Of a stretch of 64,000 nt of DNA, positions 1-13,739 are shown one piece after another. The stretch lies in assembly GCF_009914755.1 (NCBI RefSeq), contig NC_060933.1. One strand, given 5' to 3'. The position numbers and the translations under genes are program-made. Each line of letters begins with the position of its first letter. Position 1 is the stretch's first letter. This DNA comes from the human T2T-CHM13v2.0 reference genome, Homo sapiens. Below the pieces are notes generated by a model. That model had not been told where the DNA came from, did no database searches, and was given only the letters and a program-made list of their open reading frames with translations.

Positions 1-3000
1 GCAATGGAATGGATTCAACTTGAATGGAATGGAAAGAATGGAATCAACACGAGTGGAATGGCATGGATTGGAATTGAATGGAATGGAATCAACCCGAGTA
101 TAGGGGAATGGAATGGAATGGAATGCAATGGAATGGAATCATCCGTAATGGAATGGAAAGGAATGGAATGGAATGGAATGGAATGGAATCAACTCGATTG
201 CTATCGAATGGAATGGAATGGAATTAACCTGAAAAGAATGGAATGGAATGGAATGGAACGGAACGGAATGGAATGGAATGGAATGGAATGGAATGGAATG
301 GAAAGGAAAGGAATGGAATGGAATGGAATAGAATGGAATGGAATGGAATCAACGCGAGTGGAGGGGATTGGAATGGAATGGAATGCAATGGAATGGAATC
401 TTCCGGAATGGAATGGAATGGAATGGAATGGAATGGAATGGAATGGAATCAACCCGAGTGCAATGGAATGGAGTGGAATGGAATGGAATGGAATGGAACA
501 ACCCGAATGGAATGGAATGTAATGGAGAGTAAGGGAGTTGAATAGAATCAATCTGAATGTAATGGAATGGAATGGAACGGAATGGAATTGAATGGAATGG
601 AATGGAATGCAATGGAATGGAATCAACCCGAGTGCAATGGAATGGAGAGGAATGGAATGGAATGGAATGGAAACTACCCGAATGGAATGGAATGTAATGG
701 AGTGTAAGGGAATTGAATAGAATCAATCCGAATGTAATGGAATGGAATGGAACGGAATGTAATGGAATGGAATGGAATGGAATGGAATGCAATGGAATGG
801 AATCATCCATAATGGAATGGAAAGGAATGGAATGGAATGGAATGGAATGGAATGGAATGGAATGGAATGGAATCAACTCGATTGCAATCGAATGGAATGG
901 AATGGAATTAACCCGAATAGAATGGAATGGAATGGAATGGAAAGGAACGGAATGGAATGGAATGGAATGGAATGGAATGGAATGGAATGGAATGGAACGG
1001 AACGGAATGGAATGGAATGGAATGGAATGGAATCAACGCGAGTGCAGGGGAATGGAATGGAATGGAATGCAATGAAATGGAATCATCCGGAATGGAATGG
1101 AATGGAATGGAATGGAATGGAATGGAATGGAATCAACCCGAGTGCAATGGAATGGAGTGGAATGGAATGGAATGGAATGGAACAACCCGAATGGAATGGA
1201 ATGTAATGGAGAGTAAGGGAGTTGAATAGAATCAATACGAATGTAATGGAATAGAATGCAACGGAATGGAATGTAATGGAATGGAATGGAATGCAATGGA
1301 ATGGAATCAACCCGAGTACAATGGAATGGAATGGAATGGAATGGAATGGAATGGAATCATCCGGAATGGAATGGAATGGAATGGAATGGAATGGAATGGA
1401 ATGGAATCAAATCGATTTCAATGGAATGGAATGGAATAGAATGGAATGGAATAAACACGAAAGAATGGAATGGAATGGAATGGAATGGAAAAGAAAGGAA
1501 TGGAATGCAATGGAATGGAATCAACTCAAGTGCAGGGGAATGGAATGCAATGGAATTCAATGGAATGGAATCATCCGGAATGGAATGGAATGGAATGGAA
1601 TGGAATGGAATGGAATGGAATCAACCCGAGTGCAATGGAATGGAGAGGAATGGAATGGAATGGAATGGAAACTACGCGAATGGAATGGAATGTAATGGAG
1701 TGTAAGGGAATTGAATAGAATGAATCCGAATGGAATGGAATGGAATGGAATGGAAAGGAATGGAATGGAATGGAATGGAATGCAATGCCATGGAATCAAC
1801 CCGAGTGCAATCGAATGGAATCGAATCGAATGGAATGCAATGTAATGGATTCAACTTGAATGGAATGGAAAGAATGGAATCAACACTAGTGCAATGGCAT
1901 GGATTGGAATGGAATGGAATGGAATCAACTCGATTGCAATCGAATGGAATGGAATGGAATTAACGCGAATAGAATGGAATGGAATGGAATGGAATGGAAC
2001 GGAACGGAATGGAATGGAATGGAATGTAATGGAACGGATCGGAATGGAATGGAATGGAATGGAATGGAATGGAATGGAATCAACGCGAGTGCAGGGGAAT
2101 GGAATGGAATGGAATGCAATGGAATGGAATCTTCCGGAATGGAATGGAATGGAATGGAATAGAATGGAATGGAATGTAATGGAATGGAATCAACCCGAGT
2201 ACAGGGGAATGGAATGGAATGTAATGCAGTGGAATGGAATCATCCGTAATGGAATGGAAAGGAATGGAATGGAATGGAAAGGAATGGAATGGAATGGAAT
2301 GGAATCAACTCGATTGCAATCGAATGGAATGGAATGGAATTAACCCGAATAGAATGGAATGGAATGGAACGGAACGGAACGGAACGGAATGGAATGGAAT
2401 GGAATGGAACGGAACGGAAAGGAACGGAACGTAATGGAATGGAATGGAATGGAATCAACGCGAGTGCAGGGGAATGGAATGGAATGGAATGCAATGGAAT
2501 GGAATCTTCCGGAATGGAATGAAATGGAATGGAATGGAATGAAATGCAATGGATTCAACTCGATTGCAATGGAATGGAATATAATGGAATGGAATGGAAT
2601 GGAATTGTATGGAATTAACCCGAATAGAATGGAATGGAATGCAATGGAACGGAATGGAACGGAAAGGAATGGAATGGAATGCTATGGAATGGAATGGAAT
2701 GGTAAGGAATAGAGTGGAATGGAACGAATTGTAATGGAATGGAATTGAATGGAATGGAATGGAATCAACCCGAGTGCAGGGGAAAGTAATGGAACGGAAT
2801 GCAATGGAATGGAATCATCCGGAATGGAATGGAATGGAATGGAATGGAATGGAATGGAATGGAATCAACCCGAGTGCAATGGAATGCAGTGGAATGGAAT
2901 GGAATGGAATGGAATCAACCCGAGTGCAATGGAATGGAGTGGAATGGAATGGAATGGAATGGAACAACCCGAATGGAATGGAATGTAATGGAGAGTAAGG

Positions 3001-6000
3001 GAGTTGAATAGAATCAATCCGAAAGTAATGGAATGGAATGCAACGGAATGGAGTGGAATGGAATGGAATCAACACGAGTGCAGGGGAATGGAATGGAATG
3101 GAATGCAATGGAATGGAATCATCCGGAATGGAATGGAATGGAATGGAATGCAAAGCAATGGAATCAACTCGATTGCAATGGAATGGAATGGAATGGAAAG
3201 GAATACATTGGAATCAACCCGAGTGGAATGGAATGGAAAGGACTGCAATGGAGAGGAATGGAATGGAATGGAATGGAATGGAATCAACTCGATTGGAATG
3301 GAATGGAATGGAATGGAATGGAATGGAATTAAACCGAATAGAATGGAATGGAATGGAATGGAACGGAATGGAATGGAATGGAATGGAATGGAATGGAATG
3401 GAATGGAATCAACCCGACTGCAGGGAAATGGAATGGAATGGAATGCAATGGAATTTATTCAACTTGAATGGAATGGAAAGAATGGAATCAACACGAGTGG
3501 AATGGCATGGATTGGAATGGAATGGAATGGAATCAACCCGAGTACAGGGGAATGGAATGGAATGGAATGCAATGGAATGGAATCATCCGTAATGGAATGG
3601 AAAGGAATGGAATGGAATGGAATGGAATGGAATGGAATGGAATGGAATGGAATCAACTCGATTGCAATCGAATGGAATGGAATGGAATTAACCCGAATAG
3701 AATGGAATGGAATGGAATGGAACGGAACGGAACGGAATGGAATGGAATGGAATGGAATGGAACGGAATGGAATGGAATGGAATGGAATAGAATGGAATGG
3801 AATGGAATGGAATGGAATGGAATGGAATGGAATCAACGCGAGTGCAGGGGAATGGAATGGAATGGAATGCAATGGAATGGAAGCTTCCGGAATGGAATGG
3901 AATGGAATGGAATGGAATGGAATGGAATGCCTTCAAACCGAATGGAATGGAAAGGAATGCAATCAACACGAGTGGAATGGAATGGAATGGAATGGAATGG
4001 AATGGAATGGAATGATACGGAATAGAATGGAATGGAACGAAATGGAATGGAATGGAATGGAATGGAATGGAATGGAATGGAATGGAATGGAATGATACGG
4101 AATAGAATGGAATGGAACGAAATGGAATGGAATGGAATGGAATGGAATGGAATGGAATGGAATGGAATCGTTCCGAGTGGAATAGGAGGGAATATATTCG
4201 AGTGGAATGGAAAGGAATGGAATCAACCAGAGTGGAATGGAAGGGAAAGGAATGGAATGGAAACTAATAGAATGGAATCAACCCGAGTGGAATGGAATGG
4301 AAAAGACTGGAATGGAAAGGAATGGAATGGAATGGAATGGAATGGAATGGAATGGAATGGAATCAACGCGAGTGCAGGGGAATGGAATGGAGTCGAATGG
4401 AATGGAATGCAATGGAATGGAATCAACCCGAGTGCAGGGGAATGTAATGGAACGGAATGCAATGGAATGGAATCATCCGGAATGGAATGGAATGGAATGG
4501 AATGGAATCAACCCGAGTGCAATGGAATGGAGTGGAATGGAATGGAATGGAATGGAACAACCCGAATGGAATGGAATGTAATGGAGAGTAAGGGAGTTGA
4601 AAAGAATCAATCCGAATGTAATGAAATGGAATGGAACGGAATGGAATGGAATGGAATAGAATGGAATGGAATGGAATGCAATGGAATGGAATCAACCCGA
4701 GTACAATGGAATGGAATGGAATGGAATGGAATGGAATGGAATGGAATGCAATGGAATGGAATCTTCCGGAATGGAATGGAATGGAATAGAATGGAATGGA
4801 ATGGATTCAACTCGATTGCAATGGAATGGAATAGAATGGAATGGAATGGAATGGAATGGAATTAAACCGAATAGAATGGAATGGAATGGAACGGAAAGGA
4901 ACGGAACGGAACGGAGTGGAATGGAATGGAATGGAATTGTATGGAATGGAATGGAATGGTAAGGAATAGAATGGAATGGAAATAATTGGAATGGAAAGGA
5001 ATCGAATGGAATGGAAGGGAATGGAATGGAATCAACCCGAGTGCAGGGGAATGTAATGGAACGGAATGCAATGGAATGGAATCATCCGGAATGGAATGGA
5101 ATGGAATGGAATGGAATGGAATGGAATGGAATCAACCCGAGCGCAATGGAATGGAGTGGAATGGAATGGAATGGAATGGAGCAACCCGAATGGAATGGAA
5201 TGTAATGGAGTGTAAGGGAATTGAATAGAATCAATCCGAATGTAATGGAATGGAATGGAACGGAATGGAATGGAATGGAATGGAATGGAACAACCCGAAT
5301 GGAATGGAATGTAATGGAGAGTTAGGGAGGTGAATAGAATCAATACGAATGTAATGGAATGGAACGGAATGGAATGGAATGGAATGGAATGGAATGGAAT
5401 GGAATGGAATGCAATGGAATGGAATCAACCCGAGTACAATGGAAAGGAATGTAATGTAATGTAATGGAATGGAATGGAATGGAATGGAATGGAATCAACC
5501 CGAGTGCAATGGAATGGAGAGGAATGGAATGGAATGGAATGGAAACTACCCGAATGGAATGGAATGTAATGGAGTGTAAGGGAATTGAATAGAATCAATC
5601 CGAATGGAATGGAATGGAATGGAACGGAATGTAATGGAATGGAGTGGAATGGAATCAACCCGAGTGCAGGGGAATGGAATGGAAAGGAATGCAATGGAAT
5701 GGAATCATCCGGAATGGAATGGAATGGAATGCAATGGAATGGAATGGAATGGAATCAACCCGATTGCAATGGAATGGAGTGAAATGGAATGGAATGGAAT
5801 GGAAACAACCAGAATGGATTGGAATATAATGGAGTGTAAGGGAATTGAATAGAATCAATCTGAATGTAATGAAATGGAATGGAAGGAATGGAATGGATTG
5901 GAATGGAATGGAATGGAATGGAATGCAATGGAATGTAATCAACCCGAGTGCAATCGAATGGAATCGAATGGAATGGAATGCAATGGAATGGATTCAACTT

Positions 6001-8829
6001 GAATGGAATGGAAATAATGGAATCAACACGAGTGGAATGGCATGGATTGGAATGGAATGGAATGGAAACAACCCGAGTACAGGGGAATGGAATGGAATGG
6101 AATGCAATGGAATGGAATCATCCGTAATGGAATGGAAAGGAATGGAATGGAACGGAATGGAATGGAATGGAATGGAATGGAATCAACTCGATTGCAATCG
6201 AATGGAATGGAATGGAATTAACCCGAATAGAATGCAATGGAATCGAATGGAACGGAACGGAATGGAATGGAATGGAATGGAATGGAATGGAATGGAATGG
6301 AACGGAACGGAACGGAATGGAATGGAATGGAATGGAATGGAACGGAATGAAATGGAATCAACGCGAGTGCAGGGGAATGGAATGGAATGGAATGCAATGG
6401 AATGGAATCTTCCGGAATGGAATGGAATGGAATGGAATGGAATGGAATGGAATGAAATGCAATGGATTCAACTCGATTGCAATGGAATGGAATAGAATGG
6501 AATGGAATGGAATGGAATGGAATGGAATTAACCCGAATAGAATGGAATGGAATGGTATGGAATGTAATGGAATGGTACGGAATAGAATGGAATGGAACGA
6601 ATTGTAATGGAATGGAATTGAATGGAATGGAATGGAATGGAATGGAATCAACGCGAGTGCAGGGGAATGTAATGGAACGGAATGCAATGGAATGGAATCA
6701 TCCGGAATGGAATGGAATGGAATGGAATGGAATGGAATGGAATGGAATCAATCCGAGTGCAATGGAATGGAGTGGAATGGAATGGAATGGAATGGAACAA
6801 CCCGAATGGAATGGAATGTAATGGAGAGTAAGGGAGTTGAATAGAATCAATCCGAATGTAATGGAATGGAATGGAATGGAATGGAATGGAATGGAATGGA
6901 ATGGAAAGGAATCAACGCGAGTGCAGGGGATTGTAATGGAACGGAATGCAATGGAATGGAATCATCCGGAATGGAATGGAATGGAATGGAATGGAATGGA
7001 ATCAACCCGAGTGCAATGGAATGGAGTGGAATGGAATGGAATGGAATGGAACAACCCGAATGGAATGGAATGTAATGGAGAGTAAGGGAGTTGAATAGAA
7101 TCAACCCGAATGTAATGGAATGGAATGCAACGGAATGGAATGGAATGGAATGGAATGCAATGCAATGGAATTGAATCAACCCGAGTACAATGGAATGGAA
7201 TGGAATGGAATGGAATGGAATGGAATGGAATGGAATGGAATGGAACGGAATGGAATGGAATGATACGGAATAGAATGGAATGGAACGAAATGGAATGGAA
7301 TGGAATGGAATGGAATGGAATGGAATGGAATAGAATCGTTCCGAGTGGAATAGGAGGGAATGTACTCGAGTGGAATGGAAAGGAATGGAATCAACCAGAG
7401 TGGAATGGAAGGGAATGGAATGGAATGGAAACTAATAGAATGGAATCAACCCGAGAGGAATGGAATGGAAAGGACTGGAATGGATTGGAATCAACTCGAT
7501 TTTAATGGAATGGAATGGAATGGAATGGAATGGAATGGAATGGAATTAACCCGAATACAATGCAATGGAATGGAATGGAACGGAATGGAGTGGAATGGAA
7601 TGGAATCAACCCGAGTGCAGGGGAATGGAATGGAATGGAATGCAATGGAATGGAATCATCCGGAATGGAATGGAATGGAATGGAATGCAACGCAATGGAA
7701 TCAACTCGATTGCAATGGAATGGAATGGAATGGAAAGGAATACATTGGAATCAACCCGAGTGGAATGGAATGGAAAGGACTGGAATGGAGTGGAATGGAA
7801 TGGAATGGAATGGAATGGAATGAACTCAATTGGAATGGAATGGAATGGAATGGAATGGAAATAACCCGAATAGAATGGAATGGAATGGAATGGAACGGAA
7901 CGGAAACGAATGGAATGGAATGGAATGGAATGGAATGGAATGGAATGGAAACAACCCGACTGCAGGGGAATGGAATGGAATGGAATGCAATGGAATGGAT
8001 TCAACTTGAATGGAATGGAAAGAATGGAATCAACAGGAGTGGAATGGCATGGATTGGAATGGAATGGAATGGAATCAACCCTAGTACAGAGGAATGGAAT
8101 GGAATGGAATGCAATGGAATGGAATAATCCGTAATGGAATGGAAAGGAATGGAATGGAATGGAATGGAATGGAATGGAATGGAATGGAATCAACTCGATT
8201 GCAATCGAATGGAATGGAATGGAATTAACCCGAATATAATGGAATGGAATGGAATGGAACGGAACGGAACGGAATGGAATGGATTGGAATGGAATGGAAT
8301 GGAATGGAATGGAATCAACGCGAGTGCAGGGAAATGGAATGGAATGGAATGCAATAGAATGGAATCTTCCGGAATGGAATGGAATGGAATGGAATGGAAT
8401 GGAATGGAATGGAATGGAATAAACTCGAGTGCAATGGAATGGAGTGGAATGGAATGGAATGGAATGGAACAACCCGAATGGAATGGAATGTAATGGAGAG
8501 TAAGGGAGTTGAATAGAATCAATCCGAATGTAATGGAATGGAATGGAACGGAATGGAATTGAATGGAATGGAATGGAATACAATGGAATGGAATCAACCC
8601 GAGTTCAATGGAATGGAGAGGAATGGAATGGAATGGAATGGAAACTACCCGAATGGAATGGAATGTAATGGAGTGTAAGGGAATTGAATAGAATCAATCC
8701 GAATGTAACAGAATGGAATGGAACGGAATGGAATGGAATGGAATGGAATGGAATGGAATGGAATGCAATGGAATGGAATCAACCCGAGTACAATCGAATG
8801 GAATCGAATGGAATGGAATGCAATGGAAT

Positions 8830-9687
8830 GGATTCAACTTGAATGGAATGGAAAGAATGGAATCAACACGAGTGGAATGGCATGGATTGGAATGGAATGG
8901 AATGGAATCAACCCGAGTACAGGGGAATGGAATGGAATGGAATGCAATGGAATGGAATCATCCGTAATGGAATGGAAAGGAATGGAATGGAATGGAATGG
9001 AATGGAATGGAATGGAATGGAATCAACTCGATTGCAATCGAATGGAATGGAATGGAATTAACCCGAATAGAATGGAATGGAATGGAATGGAACGGAACGG
9101 AATGGAATGGAATGGAATGGAATGGAACGGAAAGGAAGGGAATGGAATGGAATAGAATGGAATGGAATGGAATCAACGCGAGTGCAGGGGAATGGAATGG
9201 AATGGAATGCAATGGAATGGAATCTTCCGGAATGGAATGGAATGGAATGGAATGGAATGGAATGGAATGGAATCAACCCGAGTGCAATGGAATGGAGTGG
9301 AATGGAATGGAATGGAATGGAACAACCCGAATGGAATGGAATGTAATGGAGAGTAAGGGAGTTGAATAGAATCAATCCGAATGTAATGGAATGGAATGGA
9401 ACGGAATGGAATTGAATGGAAAGGAATGGAATGCAATGGAGTGGAATCAACCCGAGTGCAATGGAATGGAGAGGAATGGAATGGAATGGAATGGAATGGA
9501 AACTACCCGAATGGAATGGAATGTAATGGAGTGTAAGGGAATTGAATAGAATCAATCCAAATGTAATGGAATGGAATGGAACGGAATGGAATGGAATGGA
9601 ATGGAATGGAATGGAATGGAATGCAATGGAATGGGATCAACCCGAGTGCAATCGAATGGAATCGAATGGAATAGAATGCAATGGAAT
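8830..9687 (+). repeat. Example of the short higher-order unit S (~0.81-0.87 kb)
   Basis: Spacing of the landmark GGATTCAACTTGAATGGAATGGAAAGAATGGAATCAACACGAGT: 7997-8830 (833), 8830-9688 (858), 11466-12299 (833), 19700-20513 (813), 28962-29800 (838), 47273-48146 (873), with the same module order each time. Confidence 0.85.
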
Positions 9688-11465
9688 GGATTCAACTTGA
9701 ATGGAATGGAAAGAATGGAATCAACACGAGTGGAATAGCATGGATTGGAATGGAATGGAATGGAATCAACCCGAGTACAGGGGAATGGAATGGAATGGAA
9801 TGCAATGGAATGGAATCATCCGTAAAGGAATGGAAAGGAATGGAATGGAATGGAATGGAATGGAATGGAATGGAATCAACTCGATTGCAATCGAATGGAA
9901 TGGAATGGAATTAACCCGAATAGAATGGAATGGAATGGAATGGAACGGAACGGAATGGAATGGAATGGAATGGAATGGAATGGAATGGAACGGAATGGAA
10001 CGGAATGGAATGGAATGGAATGGAATGGAATGGAATGGTATCAACGCGAGTGCAGGGGAATGGAATGGAATGGAATGCAATGGAATGGAATCTTCCGCAA
10101 TGGAATGGAATAGAATGGAATGGAATGAAATGCAATGGATTCAACTCGATTGCAATGGAATGGAATAGAATGGAATGGAATGGAATGGAATGGAATTAAT
10201 CCGAATAGAATGCAATGGAATGGAATGGAACGGAATGGAACGGAATGGAATGGAATGGAATGGAATGCAATGGTATGGAATGGAATGGAATGGTACGGAA
10301 TAGAATGGAATGGAACGAATTGTAATGGAATGGAATTGAATGGAATGGAATGGAATGGAATGGAATGAACGCGAGTGCAGGGGAATGTAATGGAACGGAA
10401 TGCAATGGAATGGAATCATCCGGAATGGAATGGAATGGAATGGAATGGAATGGAATGGAATGGAATGGAATCACCCCGAGTGCAATGGAATGGAGTGGAA
10501 TGGAATGGAATGGAATGGAACAACCCGAATGGAGTGGAATGTAATGGAGAGTAAGGGAGTTGAATAGAATCAATCCGAATGTAATGGAATGGAATGCAAC
10601 GGAATGGAATGGAATGGAATGGAATGGAATGCAATGGAATTGAATCAACCCGAGTACAATGGAATGGAATGGAATGGAATGGAATGGAATGGAATGGAAT
10701 GATACGGAATAGAATGGAATGGAACGAAATGGAATGGAATGGAATGGAATGGAATGGAATGGAATGGAATGGAATGGAATGAAATCGTTCCGAGTGGAAT
10801 AGGAGGGAATGTATTCGAGTGGAATGGAAAGGAATGGTATCAACCAGAGTGGAATGGAGGGGAATGGAATGGAATGGAAACTAATAGAATGGAATCAACC
10901 CGAGTGGAATGGAATGGAAAGGACTGGAATGGAATGGAATGGAATGGAATCAACTCGATTGTAATGGAATGGAATGGAATGGAATGGAATGGAATGGAAT
11001 GGAATGGAATGGAATGGAATGGAATTAACCCGAATACAATGGAATGGAATGGAATGGAACGGAATGGAGTGGAATGGAATGGAATCAACCCGAGTGCAGG
11101 GGAATGGAATGGAATGGAATGCAATGGAATGGAATCACCCGGAATGGAATGGAATGGAATGGAATGCAAAGCAATGGAATCAACTCGATTGCAATGGAAT
11201 GGAATGGAATGGAAAGGAATACATTGGAATCAACGCGAGTGGAATGGAATGGAAAGGACTGGAATGGAGTGGAATGGAATGGAATGGAATGGAATGGAAT
11301 CAACTCGATTGGAATGGAATGGAATGGAATGGAATGGAATTAACCCGAATAGAATGGAATGGAATGGAATGGAACGGAACGGAACGGAATGGAATGGAAT
11401 GGAATGGAATGGAATGGAAACAACCCGACTGCAGGGGAATGGAATGGAATGGAATGCAATGGAAT
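9688..11465 (+). repeat. Example of the long higher-order unit L (~1.8-2.0 kb)
   Basis: Landmark spacing 9688-11466 (1778), 27094-28962 (1868) and 5990-7997 (2007, includes an internal ~250-bp duplication). Carries GGTACGG, GGAACGAATTGT, GATACGG, CGTTCCGAGTGGAATAGGAGGG, GCAAAGC, ATACATTGG and CCCGACTGCAGGGG in fixed order. Confidence 0.85.
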
Positions 11466-13739
11466 GGATTCAACTTGAATGGAATGGAAAGAATGGAATC
11501 AACACGAGTGGAATGGCATGGATTGGAATGGAATGGAATGGAATCAACCCGAGTACAGGGGAATAGAATGGAATGGAATTCAATGGAATGGAATCATCCG
11601 TAATGTAATGGAAAGGAATGGAATGGAATGGAATAGAATGAAATGGAATCAACTCGATTGCAATCGAAAGGAATGGAATGGAATTATCCCGAATAGAATG
11701 GAATGGAATGGAATGGAACGGAACGGAACGGAATGGAATGGATTGGAATGGAATGGAATGGAATGGAATGGAACGGAATGGAATGGAATGGAATGGAATG
11801 GAATCAACGCGAGTGCAGGGGAATGGAATGGAATGGAATGCAATGGAATGGAATCTTCCGGAATGGAATGGAATGGAATGGAATGGAATGGAATAAACCC
11901 GAGTGCAATGGAATGGAGTGGAATGGAATGGAATGGAATGGAACAACCCGAATGGAATGGAATGTAATGGAGAGTAAGGGAGTTGAATAGAGTCAATCCG
12001 AATGTAATGGAATGGAAAGGAACGGAATGGAATTGAATGGAATGGAATGGAATGCAATGGAATGGAATCAACCCGAGTGCAATGGAATGGAGAGGAACGG
12101 AATGGAATGGAATGGAAACTACCCGAATGGAATGGAATGTAATGGAGTGTAAGGGAATTGAATAGAATCAATCCGAATGTAATGGAATGGAATGGAACGG
12201 AATGGAATGGAATGGAATGGAATGGAATGGAATGCAATGGCATGGAATCAACCCGAGTGCAATCGAATGGAATCGAATGGAATGGAATGCAATGGAATGG
12301 ATTCAACTTGAATGGAATGGAAAGAATGGAATCAACACGAGTGGAAGGGCATGGATTGGAATGCAATGGAATGGAATCAACTCGAGTACAGGGGAATGGA
12401 ATGGAATGGAATGCAATGGAATGGAATCATCCGTAATGGAATGGAAAGGAATGGAATGGAATGAAATGGAATGGAAGGGAATGGAATCAACACGGTTGCA
12501 ATCGAATGGAATGGAATGGAATTAACCCGAATAGAATGGAATGGAATGGAATGGAACGGAACGGAATGGAATGGAATGGAATGGAATGGAATGGAACGGA
12601 ACGGAATGGAATGGAATGGAATGGAATGGAATGGAATCAACGCGAGTGCAGGGGAATGGAATGGAATGGAATGCAATGGAATGGAATGGAATGCAATGGA
12701 ATGGAATCTTCCGGAATGGAATGGAATGGAATGGAATGAAATGCAATGGATTCAACTCGACTGCAATGGAATGGAATAGAATGGAATGGAATGGAATGGA
12801 ATGGAATTACCCCAAATAGAATGGAATGGAATGGAACGGAATGGAACGGAACGGAATGGAATGGAATGGAATGGAATGGAATGGTATGGAATGGAATGGA
12901 ATGGTACGGAATAGAATGGAATGGAACGAATTGTAATGGAATGGAATTGAATAGAATGGAATGGAATGGAATGGAATGGAATCAACGCGAGTGCAGGGGA
13001 ATGTAATGGAACGGAATGCAATGGAATGGAATCATCCGGAATGGAATGGAATGGAATGGAATGGAATGGAATGGAATGGAATGGAATCAACCCGAGTGCA
13101 ATGGAATGGAGTGGAATGGAATAGAATGGAATGGAACAACCCGAATGGAATGGAATGTAATGGACAGTAAGGGAGTTGAATAGAATCAGTCCGAATGTAA
13201 TGGAATGGAATGCAACGGAATGGAATGGAATGGAATGGAATGGAATGGAATGGAATGGAATGGAATGGAATGCAAAGGAATGGAATCAACCCGAGTGGAA
13301 TGGCATGGAATGGAATGCAATGGAATGGAATGGAATGGAATCAACTCGAGTGGAAAGGAATGGAATGGAATGGAAAGGAATGGAATGAAGTCAACTCGAG
13401 TGGAATGGAATGGAATGGAATGGATTGGAATGGATTGCAATGGAATGGAATGGAATGGAATGGAATGGAATGGAATGGAATCAATCATTCCGAGTGGAAT
13501 GGAAGGGAATGTAATGGAGTGGAAAGAAGGGAATGGAATCAACCCGAGTGGAATGCAAGGCAATGGAATGGAATGGAAAGGAATGGAATGGAATCAACTC
13601 GATTGCAATGGAATGGAATGGAATGGAATGGAATGAAATGGAATTAACCGGAATAGAATGGAATTGAATGGAATGGAACGGAATGGAATGGAATGGAAGG
13701 GAATGGAATCAACACGAGTGCAGGGGAATGGAATGGAAT

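Noticed and set aside
1041-1060. G-quadruplex from the GCAGGGG and AAGGGAG modules
   Set aside because: G-runs of three or more are isolated, not four closely spaced tracts.
5825-5830. TATAAT (also ~21590) and scattered AATAAA as promoter or poly(A) signals
   Set aside because: These are one- or two-base variants of the pentamer expected by chance, with no supporting context.
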